The position numbers and the translations under genes were made by a program. A stretch of 64,000 nt of DNA from Macrostomum hystrix (Eukaryota; Animalia; Platyhelminthes): positions 3,100,001 to 3,164,000 of the forward strand of contig CATNEN010000033.1 in assembly GCA_950097015.1 (NCBI GenBank), written 5' to 3'. This document shows, one piece after another, positions 46,935 to 58,700 of this stretch; positions within the stretch are counted from its first letter, which is position 1; each line of letters opens with the position of its first letter. Below the pieces are notes generated by a model that made no database searches, was not told where the DNA came from, and was given only the letters and a program-made list of their open reading frames with translations.

Positions 46935-47390
46935 CTACATGTCATTCAAATCTGGGTTATTTGCAGCACGATTGGCATCGCCGCGCTCTCTTTCAGTGCC
47001 AGTGCCGCCATTGTTGATGCTGCTGCTACTGCTTACAATTGGTGACTGTATATCGGTCACTTGCGCATGCTGCGGCAGTTGCAATTGGCCGGCTAAATCA
47101 CGTGTCGGATTGGCATTCACAATTCCAAATCTCTGATTGTAAATGCGCACGACACCTGGACGATGCCATACGTACTGAACACGTTGACGTGAAGGCAGAA
47201 TAGCAAAATCCGAGTCTGAACTACTATCCGAGCTGTGCCTTCGTCGACGTCGCTCAGTGCCAATCACGACATCTGTGCTGCTACTGACGGTAGGGCACGA
47301 GATCGGTTTGTCGTTGCCAGAGTTGTGATCCTCTCTGTCGATATCTCGATCTCGATCTCCGCCATTGTGCCGCCCACCCAGGGATGACAT
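46935..47390 (-). CDS. Gene D intact copy: 151-aa Ser-rich protein with an RRRRRHSSDSSSDSD patch
   Basis: ATG ORF with three homologous copies, divergent from gene E. Confidence 0.55.
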   Translation of the reverse strand: MSSLGGRHNGGDRDRDIDREDHNSGNDKPISCPTVSSSTDVVIGTERRRRRHSSDSSSDSDFAILPSRQRVQYVWHRPGVVRIYNQRFGIVNANPTRDLAGQLQLPQHAQVTDIQSPIVSSSSSINNGGTGTERERGDANRAANNPDLNDM

Positions 47391-47625
47391 GTTGTAGTTT
47401 TTTTTATTTGAAACAATAATTAAGAATCTAAAATGTGTAAATAAGTTACGCCACTTACCTTAGTAAAGTAACCAACTAAAAACCCTATTGCTAGTCTATG
47501 GTAACAAGCTTGCTGATAATCTTATGTGATTGGGAATATGTAATCAATGCAGTTGAAACTTTGGACAATTAATGAAGTAAATAAAACAAGTTCAACATTT
47601 TACATACTGCCCCCATTGTCTCGCC

Positions 47626-48000
47626 ATGCCTACATCAACATCATCATCACGGCCAACTCTAAACGATGCGGAAAAATCCAACTGTCACGACGATGACGTT
47701 GAGCTGAATGAAGAGCCAGGCTATGATGACTACGGGTATGATGAAACATACAATTCAACATACAGTTTTGTATTCGGCCTGGCAGACGACCATTTGTTAT
47801 ACGCCGTAGCTGAAGAGGTCGAAGCGGCGATGGCAGCCAATTGCTTAGACTCAGCTGACGACGAGCTTTTGTATGCCGCAGCTGAAGAGGCGGAGGCGTC
47901 AGCAGTAGCGGCAGCGATGGCAGCCAGTAGCTGTTTATTTGACCCAGCTGACGACTGCCTATTGTATGCCGCAGCTGAAGAGGCGGAGGCATACGTTTGA
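47626..48000 (+). CDS. Gene E copy 4 (124 aa)
   Basis: Homologous ATG ORF with two repeats. Confidence 0.7.
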   Translation: MPTSTSSSRPTLNDAEKSNCHDDDVELNEEPGYDDYGYDETYNSTYSFVFGLADDHLLYAVAEEVEAAMAANCLDSADDELLYAAAEEAEASAVAAAMAASSCLFDPADDCLLYAAAEEAEAYV

Positions 48001-48479
48001 AATTATATTATAAAATAATGCAGAAACTATGATTCATTACAGTAATTTTATAAATGAAGCCTCTGATTATCATAACGATTTGATATACATATTGGTGTTG
48101 TTTTGTTAGTGATTGAAAATACACTAATCTTTTCGTGAAAATACCATCACCAACAATCATCAGCACTACGTAAGCATTATTGTTTGTATTTTTTTGTTTG
48201 TAAACGTTCATATTATTTTAATACTCAAAGCAATTTCGCATAAATACAGCAGTTTGTATTTGTTTTAGAACATGTTCTTTCGCAAAAATATGTTCATCAT
48301 CGTATCGTTAGTATTTTTGCAAAAAAAACTGTCATTATTTTTCATTCACAGGTATTCAATACAATAGATAGTATATAGTCTTTTCGCGAAAAAAAGTCCA
48401 CTCATGACTCTTGGCAATTTGCAGAAATACTAAATGTGTCTATGGTTAAAAATGTACAAGATTCTTAGTCTAATAATAT

Positions 48480-48950
48480 GCATGTATTTTCGCGAAAATA
48501 CCATAAGATGTAGCCATGCACACTACTTCAAGAACTTTTGCAAAAATACGCCAACTACCTTTGTTTAATAGCATAGCAGTATTTTCGCGAAAATACCATA
48601 ATATGTAGTCATGCACACTACTTTAAGAATTTTTACAAAAATACCGCCAACTACCTTTGTTTAATAGTATATCAGTATTTTCGCAAAAATACCATAATAT
48701 GTAGCCATGCACACTACTTCAATAACTTTTGCAAAAATACGCCAACTACCTTTGTTTAATAGCATAGCAGTATTTTCGCGAAAATACCATAATATGTAGT
48801 CATGCACACTACTTTAAGAACTTTTTACAAAAATACCGCCAACTACCTTTGTTTAATAGTATATCAGTATTTTCGCAAAAATACCATAATATGTAGCCAT
48901 GCACACTATTTCAATAACTTTTGCAAAAAATACTGCCAACTACCTTTGTT
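48480..48950. repeat. Array of the ~96-bp palindromic unit, truncated by TE sequence at ~48950
   Basis: Same unit as 325-900. Confidence 0.9.
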
Positions 48951-48954
48951 TGTA

Positions 48955-49900
48955 CCTTTGTTGCACTTGTGGAACCTCTTCTTGATACTCGCCCATCTTT
49001 GTGCTGCCCGCGTGATCCGCTATTCCACATCATATTTATGGTCGAGCCACGATCCGAGCATCCTGATTTTACCACCCTGGGCTGTCCCAAGGGGCATCAG
49101 TTCGAGTTTGTCGTCGTTCACACGTTCCTCGAAACTTCCTAGCCCCTCTTTAGTATGCGTGAGCCCGTCCGCTAGTTTTGGAGTGCTGTGGCGAGCTGAA
49201 CCTGCATTTCGTCTGCCGTGTGACCACTCCGCATATAGTTCTGGTGCTGTCCCCCAGGTTCCAGCCTGTGCTGAGTTTGATGGCAGTGAGAACAGTCCGG
49301 TGGTGTCCCAGCATGACCTTACGATCCACATTCGGACTCCATCTAGCTCTTAAAGCAATCAAAGCATACCAGCAGCATCCGCCACCAGAGGGGCGAGCCG
49401 GCATAGTAAGCTTCAGGCATTCGTTTCGCTCGTTCCAGCACTCCCTGCTGATGCTCTGTACTGATTTGACCGAGTTGTATCGGGACGGGTCGGCTAGCTC
49501 GTGGGTCACATCCGGGCAAGACTCAGCCCAGTTGGACATCGTGTCCTTTACATCAAAGTGCCCACTTATCCAGGCCTGGCCCCAATCATCAGAAGGTGCC
49601 AGACTGAGCCTGCCCTTCAGGCATTCTTCTAGGTCTCAGCTAGGTCTTCTTCCTGCTGGTACGAGCGTATGATGACACTCGCTTCTCACGCGCAGTGGTC
49701 ACGGCGAGGTGCATCATCTGGGTGAAGCGCCAGAATCAGGCCACGGTGGGCGCATGGTTAGGTGTATCTTTTGACATATTCTCATTGTCTTGTGGGAACA
49801 TCAAGGCTGGAACCTATATCCAGAGCCGGGATACAATGGAACAGGTACGCTATGTCCAGTTTCGCTCTGTCAGAAATGTCTAGCGCTTTAACTACCTCGT
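48955..49900 (-). pseudogene. Decayed non-LTR retrotransposon (RTE-like) RT fragment
   Basis: KLELM...KIRMLGSWLDHKYDVE*RITRAAQRWARIKKRF resembles the end of LINE RT domains; the upstream part is heavily disrupted. Confidence 0.5.
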
Positions 49901-50624
49901 ACCAGTCGAGGCGGATCGCTCCTGCTGCCTCCTGACCAGGAAGGAGCCTGTGCCGTTCGTCTTCTCAAACATCCAGAACTTCGGCGCTAGCTAAGATCTC
50001 GTTCTGCAAGATCGCCAGCAGCTTTTTCATTATCATTGCATAAAACCTAGACTGGCATTAGATGTACACTGGCTGACTGAGGACGCTACACATAACAAAG
50101 GGTCGGTCCGCAGGCACTCCAAGTCCATCAATAGTACGAGCATAGATGGATGCTCTGAGCCGTCGGCTGGTGACTAGGAGTAAACAGTAATCTTTAGGAA
50201 GTACGTAAATTGTTTACAACGGACGCTCTCTTGACCCTGGGTTGGGCTCTCTGTATTTACTGCATCCCTAAGAATCCCCAATACAAAAGGCATTTCTCTT
50301 GCTCACTGATTTATTTTACGAGAATACCTCACATAGAGTCCCTATCTTCGGTTATGAACCTTTAGGGCGGGCATAAAGTACATTTCTTTGTTTAAGCTGA
50401 AGCGCTATTTCGTGGCTCAGTCAGTTGTGCGGTCCAATAGGTTGCCAGTGGCAGCCCAACCGCTAAGCTGGTGAGTCTGGCTGCTATCCCGGTTGCTACG
50501 GCCCCGTCCACGTCCATAGCTTGTCCTCCCTCTTTTGCTGGTCGAGTAGAAGAGTAGAGAAGAAAAGTAGAGAAGTTGAATAGCTGAGTAGAGAAGATTG
50601 AGTGAACGCCTTGACTGGCAGCAG

Positions 50625-51075
50625 CTACCTTTTCACTTGAATCTGCTTGGCGAAGTGATTAAGCTTGCCTCGCTTAATGCAAGATTTACCACAGGCTGGG
50701 CATTTCTCCTTGCTAGGCTCGTGCTCGCGTCCACAGAACTTGCAGCTCTGACCCGGCGGCTTCGTCCGTTTCTGATAGGCAGGCCCTCCCGCCTGCTGAT
50801 TCTCTGCAACACCGTTCTTCTTGAACTTTCGATAACTCGATATTCGCCGAGTCGCAGATATTCGGGACGCCTCGCCCTTCATTATCGCACCGTTTTTCTT
50901 GGAACTCTCCGTCGATTCGCAGATCGTCTTCGCCCGCTCCAGCGTCAAGCCGCTTCCCTCCTCTAGCAGCTTCTCCACCGTGTTGTTGTCTCGCAATCCC
51001 ATAACGATTCTGTCTCGTATCTGGAGCTCTGAACAATTTTCACAAGAATGTTTGAAATTACATCGATCGGCTATC
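50625..51075 (-). pseudogene. gag: Gypsy-type gag fragment
   Basis: RDRIVMGLRD...KLL...LTLERAKTIC and CKFCGREH...CPACGKSC..RGKLNHFAK knuckle-like region. Confidence 0.75.
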
Positions 51076-51189
51076 TCTTTTAAAACAACGACTCACTATC
51101 TCCATGCTGAGACAGTGACGTAGAGCGAATAGCGGAATTTCTCGGCCTCTGCCTCGATGCTGTTGCGGCCAGAAAGTTCCTCGAAAGCT

Positions 51190-52125
51190 TCCCCGAGCTG
51201 ATTTTAATGAGGGAAGAGTTCTTTCTGCGACTTGTGTGGCGCATTCCTGACGCCCTCGCGTGTCTGGCGGAGTTGGACGTGCTGTACCACTTGCCGCATT
51301 GTTGGCAATGCGTTTTGCCGTCGACTTTCTTGCCTCCGCGGCACCACTTTTGGTGATTCTTGCGCGTTGCCTCGGTTCTGAAGGTCTGTTGGCATTTTGC
51401 ACACGGTAGTTGGACGGTAATGAGCTCTCTATGGTGTATGGCTAATCCGCCCCTGGATGCGCAGACTTTGTTGCATCCGTAGTACCTGCATCGGTAGCCT
51501 GTCAGCTCGTTCTCCTCCGGACTGGCGATTGACTTCTCCACTTCCGTCGTTCTGCGGTTCCTCTTGGATCATTCTGCCTCTTCCATACACATCGCGTTCA
51601 CTCTACGCTACGTCTCCCTGCAACTCTCTGTCTCGGACGATGCGTTCGATGTCGATGGTGTCGACGCCTGCCTTCCTGACCATTACATTAAGTTCCAGTG
51701 GTTGGTAATCGTGCGCTGTCTCCTTTTGGCTTTCCTCATGTTTTCTAGCTTCTTGTCCCATCCCAGCACGCACTTCTTGGTGAGGCTAGTGTCGGGCAGT
51801 CGGAGGACGTGGCCTAGGCGTCTCCAGTGGAGGATTTCAATCTTCGTCACGATGCTGTCGACACCGAGCTCAGATCTAACGTTCTACATGTTCACGCCTT
51901 TTTCTTGCATCTCGACCAGAGGCGGTTTGGTCTTTTTGCTCCAGATGAAACGGTAGCGCTTGTCCATTGCTTGTTGCATCTTCTTGATGGCAATCTTGTA
52001 GAAGGGGCGAGCTCCGGCATTGAAGGCCATGGTACTTTCCACGCATGCCTCCACAATTTTGGTTTGGGTCCGTTTCGTGAAGCGTGTTCTGCGTAGCACG
52101 TTCTTAACAGCTGCTTTGCTCATGC
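51190..52125 (-). pseudogene. 3' part of an RTE-like LINE ORF2 (RT thumb plus C-terminal C2H2 fingers), frameshifted
   Basis: TKIVEACVESTMAF, RYRFIWS, HWRRLGHVLRLPD, CRYYGCNKVCASRGGLAIH, CAKCQQTF and CQQCGKWY. Confidence 0.7.
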
Positions 52126-52502
52126 CTGTAGTCAGCTAATTCGAGAGATGCGAATAATTTCATTCGTCTGAGGGGAGCACTCAGCAGAACTTGCTCGATT
52201 GAAATGAAATAATCCCCATCGTTCATTTGGCGGTAAACACCAAACTCAGCTTCAATTAGATCGCTGTGGAAATCGGCCAGCAAAGTATAGCTGATTCGTG
52301 TGTCGGATAGTAGAAAGTGGCACATGTCACAGGCACCACGAAATGAATTAACCAAAGCAACTTTAGTTTTCGGAGTGAGTAATGTCGTAGCGGCGACCCT
52401 TTGAACTAACCAAAAAGAGCCTGAGCTGTTCGATAAAAAATCGCATCCATGCGTCCGTCGAAGATTATACATCAAACTGTTTGCAACCGCAATGTTCTGC
52501 AA
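52110..52502 (-). pseudogene. P-element/THAP9-like transposase fragment
   Basis: LLADFHSDLIEAEFGVYRQMNDGDYFISIEQV resembles the [QS]D-x-[LI]E-xx-F-xxx-RQ-xx-G motif of P-superfamily transposases (recognised from memory). Confidence 0.6.
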
Positions 52503-52715
52503 TTGCTTTGTATCTTAACTACAGGCGCATGATTTTGGCAGCTCATTAAAACAACTATAGAAGCCCCTTAACAGTCGACTAGAACGAAGGCTCGTATCAC
52601 AAAATAAGAAACATTAAATTTTGCACAGCCAAAGACCCCAACTGTTTTCGCCATTATTTGGCTTGGCTAGCGTCCCGGTTGTTTTAGTTGTTCCTGCTTC
52701 AATCCCTTTCTGCTT

Positions 52716-55700
52716 TCTTCACTCTCCATCTTCTCATTCCACTCCCCATCTTCTTACTTCACTCCCCATCTTCTTACTTCACTCCCCATCTTCTTACTTC
52801 ACTCCCCATCTTCTTACTTCACTCCCCATCTTCTTACTTCACTCCCCATCTTTGTACTTCACTCCCCATCTTCTTACTCCACTCCCCATCTTTTTACTTC
52901 ACTCCCCATCTTCTTACTTCACTCCCCATCTTCTTTCTTCACTCCCCATCTTCTTACTTCACTCCCCATCTTCTTTCTTCACTCCCCATCTTCTTTCTTC
53001 ACTCTCCATCTTCTCATTCCACTCCCCATCTTCTTTCTTCACTCCCCATCTTCTTACTTCACTCCCCATCTTTTTACTTCACTCCCCATCTTCTTACTTC
53101 ACTCCCCATCTTCTTTCTTCACTCTCCATCTTCTTACTTCACTCCCCATCTTTTTACTTCACTCCCCATCTTCTTACTTCACTCCCCATCTTCTTACTTC
53201 ACTCCCCATCTTCTTACTTCACTCCCCATCTTCTTACTTCACTCCCCATCTTCTTTCTTCACTCTCCATCTTCTCATTCCACTCCCCATCTTCTTACTTC
53301 ACTCCCCATCTTCTTACTTCACTCCCCATCTTCTTACTTCACTCCCCATCTTTTACTTCACTCCCCATCTTCTTACTTCACTCCCCATCTTCTTACTTCA
53401 CTCCCCATCTTCTTACTTCACTCCCCATCTTCTTACTTCACTCCCCATCTTCTTACTTCACTCCCCATCTTTTTACTTCACTCCCCATCTTCTTACTTCA
53501 CTCCCCATCTTCTTACTTCACTCCCCATCTTCTTACTTCACTCCCCATCTTCTTACTTCACTCCCCATCTTCTTACTTCACTCCCCATCTTCTCATTCCA
53601 CTCCCCATCTTCTTACTTCACTCCCCATCTTCTTACTTCACTCCCCATCTTCTTACTTCACTCCCCATCTTATCTCTAGACTCCGCATCTTCTCACTTCA
53701 CTCCCCATCTTCTTACTTCACTCCCCATCTTCTTACTTCACTCCCCATCTTCTTACTTCACTCCCCATCTTCTTACTTCACTCCCCATCTTCTTACTTCA
53801 CTCCCCATCTTATCTCTAGACTCCGCATCTTCTTACTTCACTCCCTATCTTCTTACTTCACTCCCCATCTTCTCATTCCACTCCCCATCTTCTTACTTCA
53901 CTCCCCATCTTCTTACTTCACTCCCCATCTTCTTACTTCACTCCCCATCTTCTTACTTCACTCCCCATCTTCTTACTTCACTCCCCATCTTCTTACTTCA
54001 CTCCCCATCTTATCTCTAGACTCCGCATCTTCTCACTTCACTCCCCATCTTCTTACTTCACTCCCCATCTTCTTACTTCACTCCCCATCTTCTTACTTCA
54101 CTCCCCATCTTCTTACTTCACTCCCCATCTTCTTACTTCACTCCCCATCTTCTTACTTCACTCCCCATCTTCTTACTTCACTCCCCATCTTCTTACTTCA
54201 CTCCCCATCTTCTTACTTCACTCCCCATCTTCTTACTTCACTCCCCATCTTCTTACTTCACTCCCCATCTTCTTACTTCACTCCCCATCTTTTTACTTCA
54301 CTCCCCATCTTCTTACTTCACTCCCCATCTTCTTACTTCACTCCCCATCTTCTTACTTCACTCCCCATCTTCTTACTTCACTCCCCATCTTCTTACTTCA
54401 CTCCCCATCTTCTTACTTCACTCCCCATCTTCTTACTTCACTCCCCATCTTATCTCTAGACTCCGCATCTTCTCACTTCACTCCCCATCTTCTTACTTCA
54501 CTCCCCATCTTCTTACTTCACTCCCCATCTTCTTACTTCACTCCGCAATCTTCTTACTTCACTCCCCATCTTCTTACTTCACTCCCCATCTTCTTACTTC
54601 ACTCCCCATCTTCTCACTCCACTCCCCATCTTCTTACTTCACTCCCCATCTTCTCATTCCACTCCCCATCTTCTCATTCCACTCCCCATCTTCTTACTTC
54701 ACTCCCCATCTTCTTACTTCACTCCCCATCTTATCTCTAGACTCCGCATCTTCTCACTTCACTCCCCATCTTCTTACTTCACTCCCCATCTTCTTTCTTC
54801 ACTCTCCATCTTCTTACTTCACTCCCCATCTTTTTACTTCACTCCCCATCTTCTTACTTCACTCCCCATCTTCTTACTTCACTCCCCATCTTCTTACTTC
54901 ACTCCCCATCTTCTTACTTCACTCCCCATCTTCTTACTTCACTCCCCATCTTCTTACTTCACTCCCCATCTTCTTACTTCACTCCCCATCTTCTTACTTC
55001 ACTCCCCATCTTCTTACTTCACTCCCCATCTTTTTACTTCACTCCCCATCTTTTTACTTCACTCCCCATCTTCTTACTTCACTCCCCATCTTCTTACTTC
55101 ACTCCCCATCTTCTTACTTCACTCCCCATCTTCTTACTTCACTCCCCATCTTCTTACTTCACTCCCCATCTTCTTACTTCACTCCCCATCTTCTTACTTC
55201 ACTCCCCATCTTATCTTTAGACTCAGCATCTTCTCACTCCACTCCCCATCTTCTTACTTCACTCCCCATCTTCTTACTTCACTCCCCATCTTCTCATTCC
55301 ACTCCCCATCTTCTTACTTCACTCCCCATCTTCTCTCTCAACTCCCCATATTCTCTCTAAACTCCCCATCTTCTCACTCCACTCCCCATCTTCTTACTTC
55401 ACTCCCCATCTTCTCACTTCACTCCCCATCTTCTCTCTCCACTCCCCATCTTCTCATTCCACTCCCCATCTTCTCATTCCACTCCCCATCTTCTCATTCC
55501 ACTCCCCATCTTCTTACTTCACTCCCCATCTTCTCTCTCAACTCCCCATCTTCTCACTCCACTCCCCATCTTCTTTCTCCACTCCCCATCTTCTCTCTCC
55601 ACTCCCCATCTTCTCACTTCACTCCCCATCTTCTCACTCCACTCCCCATCTTCTCACTTCACTCCCCATCTTCTCACTCCACTCCCCATCTTCTCACTCC

Positions 55701-58700
55701 ACTCCCCATCTTCTCATTCCACTCCCCATCTTCTCATTCCACTCCCCATCTTCTCATTCCACTCCCCATCTTCTCATTCCACTCCCCATCTTCTCATTCC
55801 ACTCCCCATCTTCTCATTCCACTCCCCATCTTCTCACTCCACTCCCCATCTTCTCACTTCACTCCCCATCTTCTCACTCCACTCCCCATCTTCTCACTTC
55901 ACTCCCCATCTTCTCACTCCACTCCCCATCTTCTCACTCCACTCCCCATCTTCTCATTCCACTCCCCATCTTCTCATTCCACTCCCCATCTTCTCATTCC
56001 ACTCCCCATCTTCTCATTCCACTCCCCATCTTCTCATTCCACTCCCCATCTTCTCACTCCACTCCCCATCTTCTCACTCCACTCCCCATCTTCTTACTCC
56101 ACTCCCCATCTTCTTACTTCACTCCCTATCTTCTCACTCCACTCCCCATCTTCTTACTCCACTCCCCATCTTCTTACTCCACTCCCCATCTTCTTACTCC
56201 ACTCCCCATCTTCTCACTCCACTCCCCATCTTCTCACTCAACTCCCCATCTTCTTACTCCACTCCCCATCTTCTCTCTCCACTCCTCATCTTCTTACTCA
56301 ACTCCCCATCTTCTTACTCCACTCCCCATCTTCTTTCTCCACTCCCCATCTTCTCACTTCACTCCCCATCTTCTCACTTCACTCCCCATCTTCTTACTTC
56401 GCTCCCCATCTTCTCATTCCACTCCCCATCTTCTTACTTCACTCCCCATCTTCTCTCTCAACTCCCCATATTCTCTCTCAACTCCCCATCTTCTCACTCC
56501 ACTCCCCATCTTCTTACTTCACTCCCCATCTTCTCACTTCACTCCCCATCTTCTCTCTCCACTCCCCATCTTCTCATTCCACTCCCCATCTTCTCATTCC
56601 ACTCCCCATCTTCTCATTCCACTCCCCATCTTCTTACTTCACTCCCCATCTTCTCACTCCACTCCCCATCTTCTTACTCCACTCCCCATCTTCTCTCTCC
56701 ACTCCCCATCTTCTCACTTCACTCCCCATCTTCTCACTCCACTCCCCATCTTCTCACTTCACTCCCCATCTTCTCACTCCACTCCCCATCTTCTCACTCC
56801 ACTCCCCATCTTCTCATTCCACTCCCCATCTTCTCATTCCACTCCCCATCTTCTCATTCCACTCCCCATCTTCTCATTCCACTCCCCATCTTCTCATTCC
56901 ACTCCCCATCTTCTCATTCCACTCCCCATCTTCTCACTCCACTCCCCATCTTCTCACTTCACTCCCCATCTTCTCACTCCACTCCCCATCTTCTCACTTC
57001 ACTCCCCATCTTCTCTCTCCACTCCCCATCTTCTCACTTCACTCCCCATCTTCTCTCTCCACTCCCCATCTTCTCACTTCACTCCCCATCTTCTCTCTCA
57101 ACTCCCCATATTCTCTCTCAACTCCCCATCTTCTCACTCCACTCCCCATCTTCTTACTCCACTCCCCATCTTCTTACTTCACTCCCCATCTTCTCACTCC
57201 ACTCCCCATCTTCTTACTCCACTCCCCATCTTCTTACTCCACTCCCCATCTTCTTACTCCACTCCCCATCTTCTCACTCCACTCCCCATCTTCTCACTCA
57301 ACTCCCCATCTTCTTACTCCACTCCCCATCTTCTCTCTCCACTCCCCATCTTCTTACTCAACTCCCCATCTTCTTACTCCACTCCCCATCTTCTCTCTCC
57401 ACTCCCCATCTTCTCACTTCACTCCCCATCTTCTCACTTCACTCCCCATCTTCTCTCTCCACTCCCCATCTTCTCACTTCACTCCCCATCTTCTCTCTCC
57501 ACTCCCCATCTTCTCACTTCACTCCCCATCTTCTCACTCCACTCCCCATCTTCTCACTCCACTCCCCATCTTCTCACTTCACTCCCCATCTTCTCACTCC
57601 ACTCCCCATCTTCTCACTCCACTCCCCATCTTCTTACTTCACTCCCCATCTTCTTACTTCACTCCCCATCTTCTTACTTCACTCCCCATCTTCTTACTTC
57701 ACTCCCCATCTTCTTACTTCACTCCCCATCTTCTTACTTCACTCCCCATCTTCTTACTTCACTCCCCATCTTCTTACTTCACTCCCCATCTTCTTACTTC
57801 ACTCCCCATCTTCTTACTTCACTCCCCATCTTCTTACTTCACTCCCCATCTTCTTACTTCACTCCCCATCTTCTTACTTCACTCCCCATCTTCTTACTTC
57901 ACTCCCCATCTTCTTACTTCACTCCCCATCTTCTTACTTCACTCCCCATCTTTTTTACTTCACTCCCCATCTCTTTACTTCACTCCCCATCTTCTTACTT
58001 CACTCCCCATCTTCTTACTTCACTCCCCATCTTTTTACTTCACTCCCCATCTTCTTACTTCACTCCCCATCTTCTTACTTCACTCCCCATCTTCTTACTT
58101 CACTCCCCATCTTCTTACTTCACTCCCCATCTTCTTACTTCACTCCCCATCTTCTTACTTCACTCCCCATCTTCTTACTTCACTCCCCATCTTCTTACTT
58201 CACTCCCCATCTTCTTACTTCACTCCCCATCTTCTTACTTCACTCCCCATCTTCTTACTTCACTCCCCATCTTCTTACTTCACTCTCCATCTTCTTACTT
58301 CACTCCGCAATCTTCTTACTTCACTCCCCATCTTCTTACTTCACTCCCCATCTTCTTACTTCACTCCCCATCTTCTCACTCCACTCCCCATCTTCTTACT
58401 TCACTCCCCATCTTCTCATTCCACTCCCCATCTTCTCATTCCACTCCCATCTTCTTACTTCACTCCCCATCTTCTTACTTCACTCCCCATCTTATCTCTA
58501 GACTCCGCATCTTCTCACTTCACTCCCCATCTTCTTACTTCACTCCCCATCTTCTTTCTTCACTCTCCATCTTCTTACTTCACTCCCCATCTTTTTACTT
58601 CACTCCCCATCTTCTTACTTCACTCCCCATCTTCTTACTTCACTCCCCATCTTCTTACTTCACTCCCCATCTTCTTACTTCACTCCCCATCTTCTTACTT

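Noticed and set aside
52621-54019. 352-aa and 443-aa ORFs (LLHSPSSYFTPHLLTSLPIF repeats)
   Set aside because: Translations of the stop-poor 20-bp satellite, with no coding evidence.
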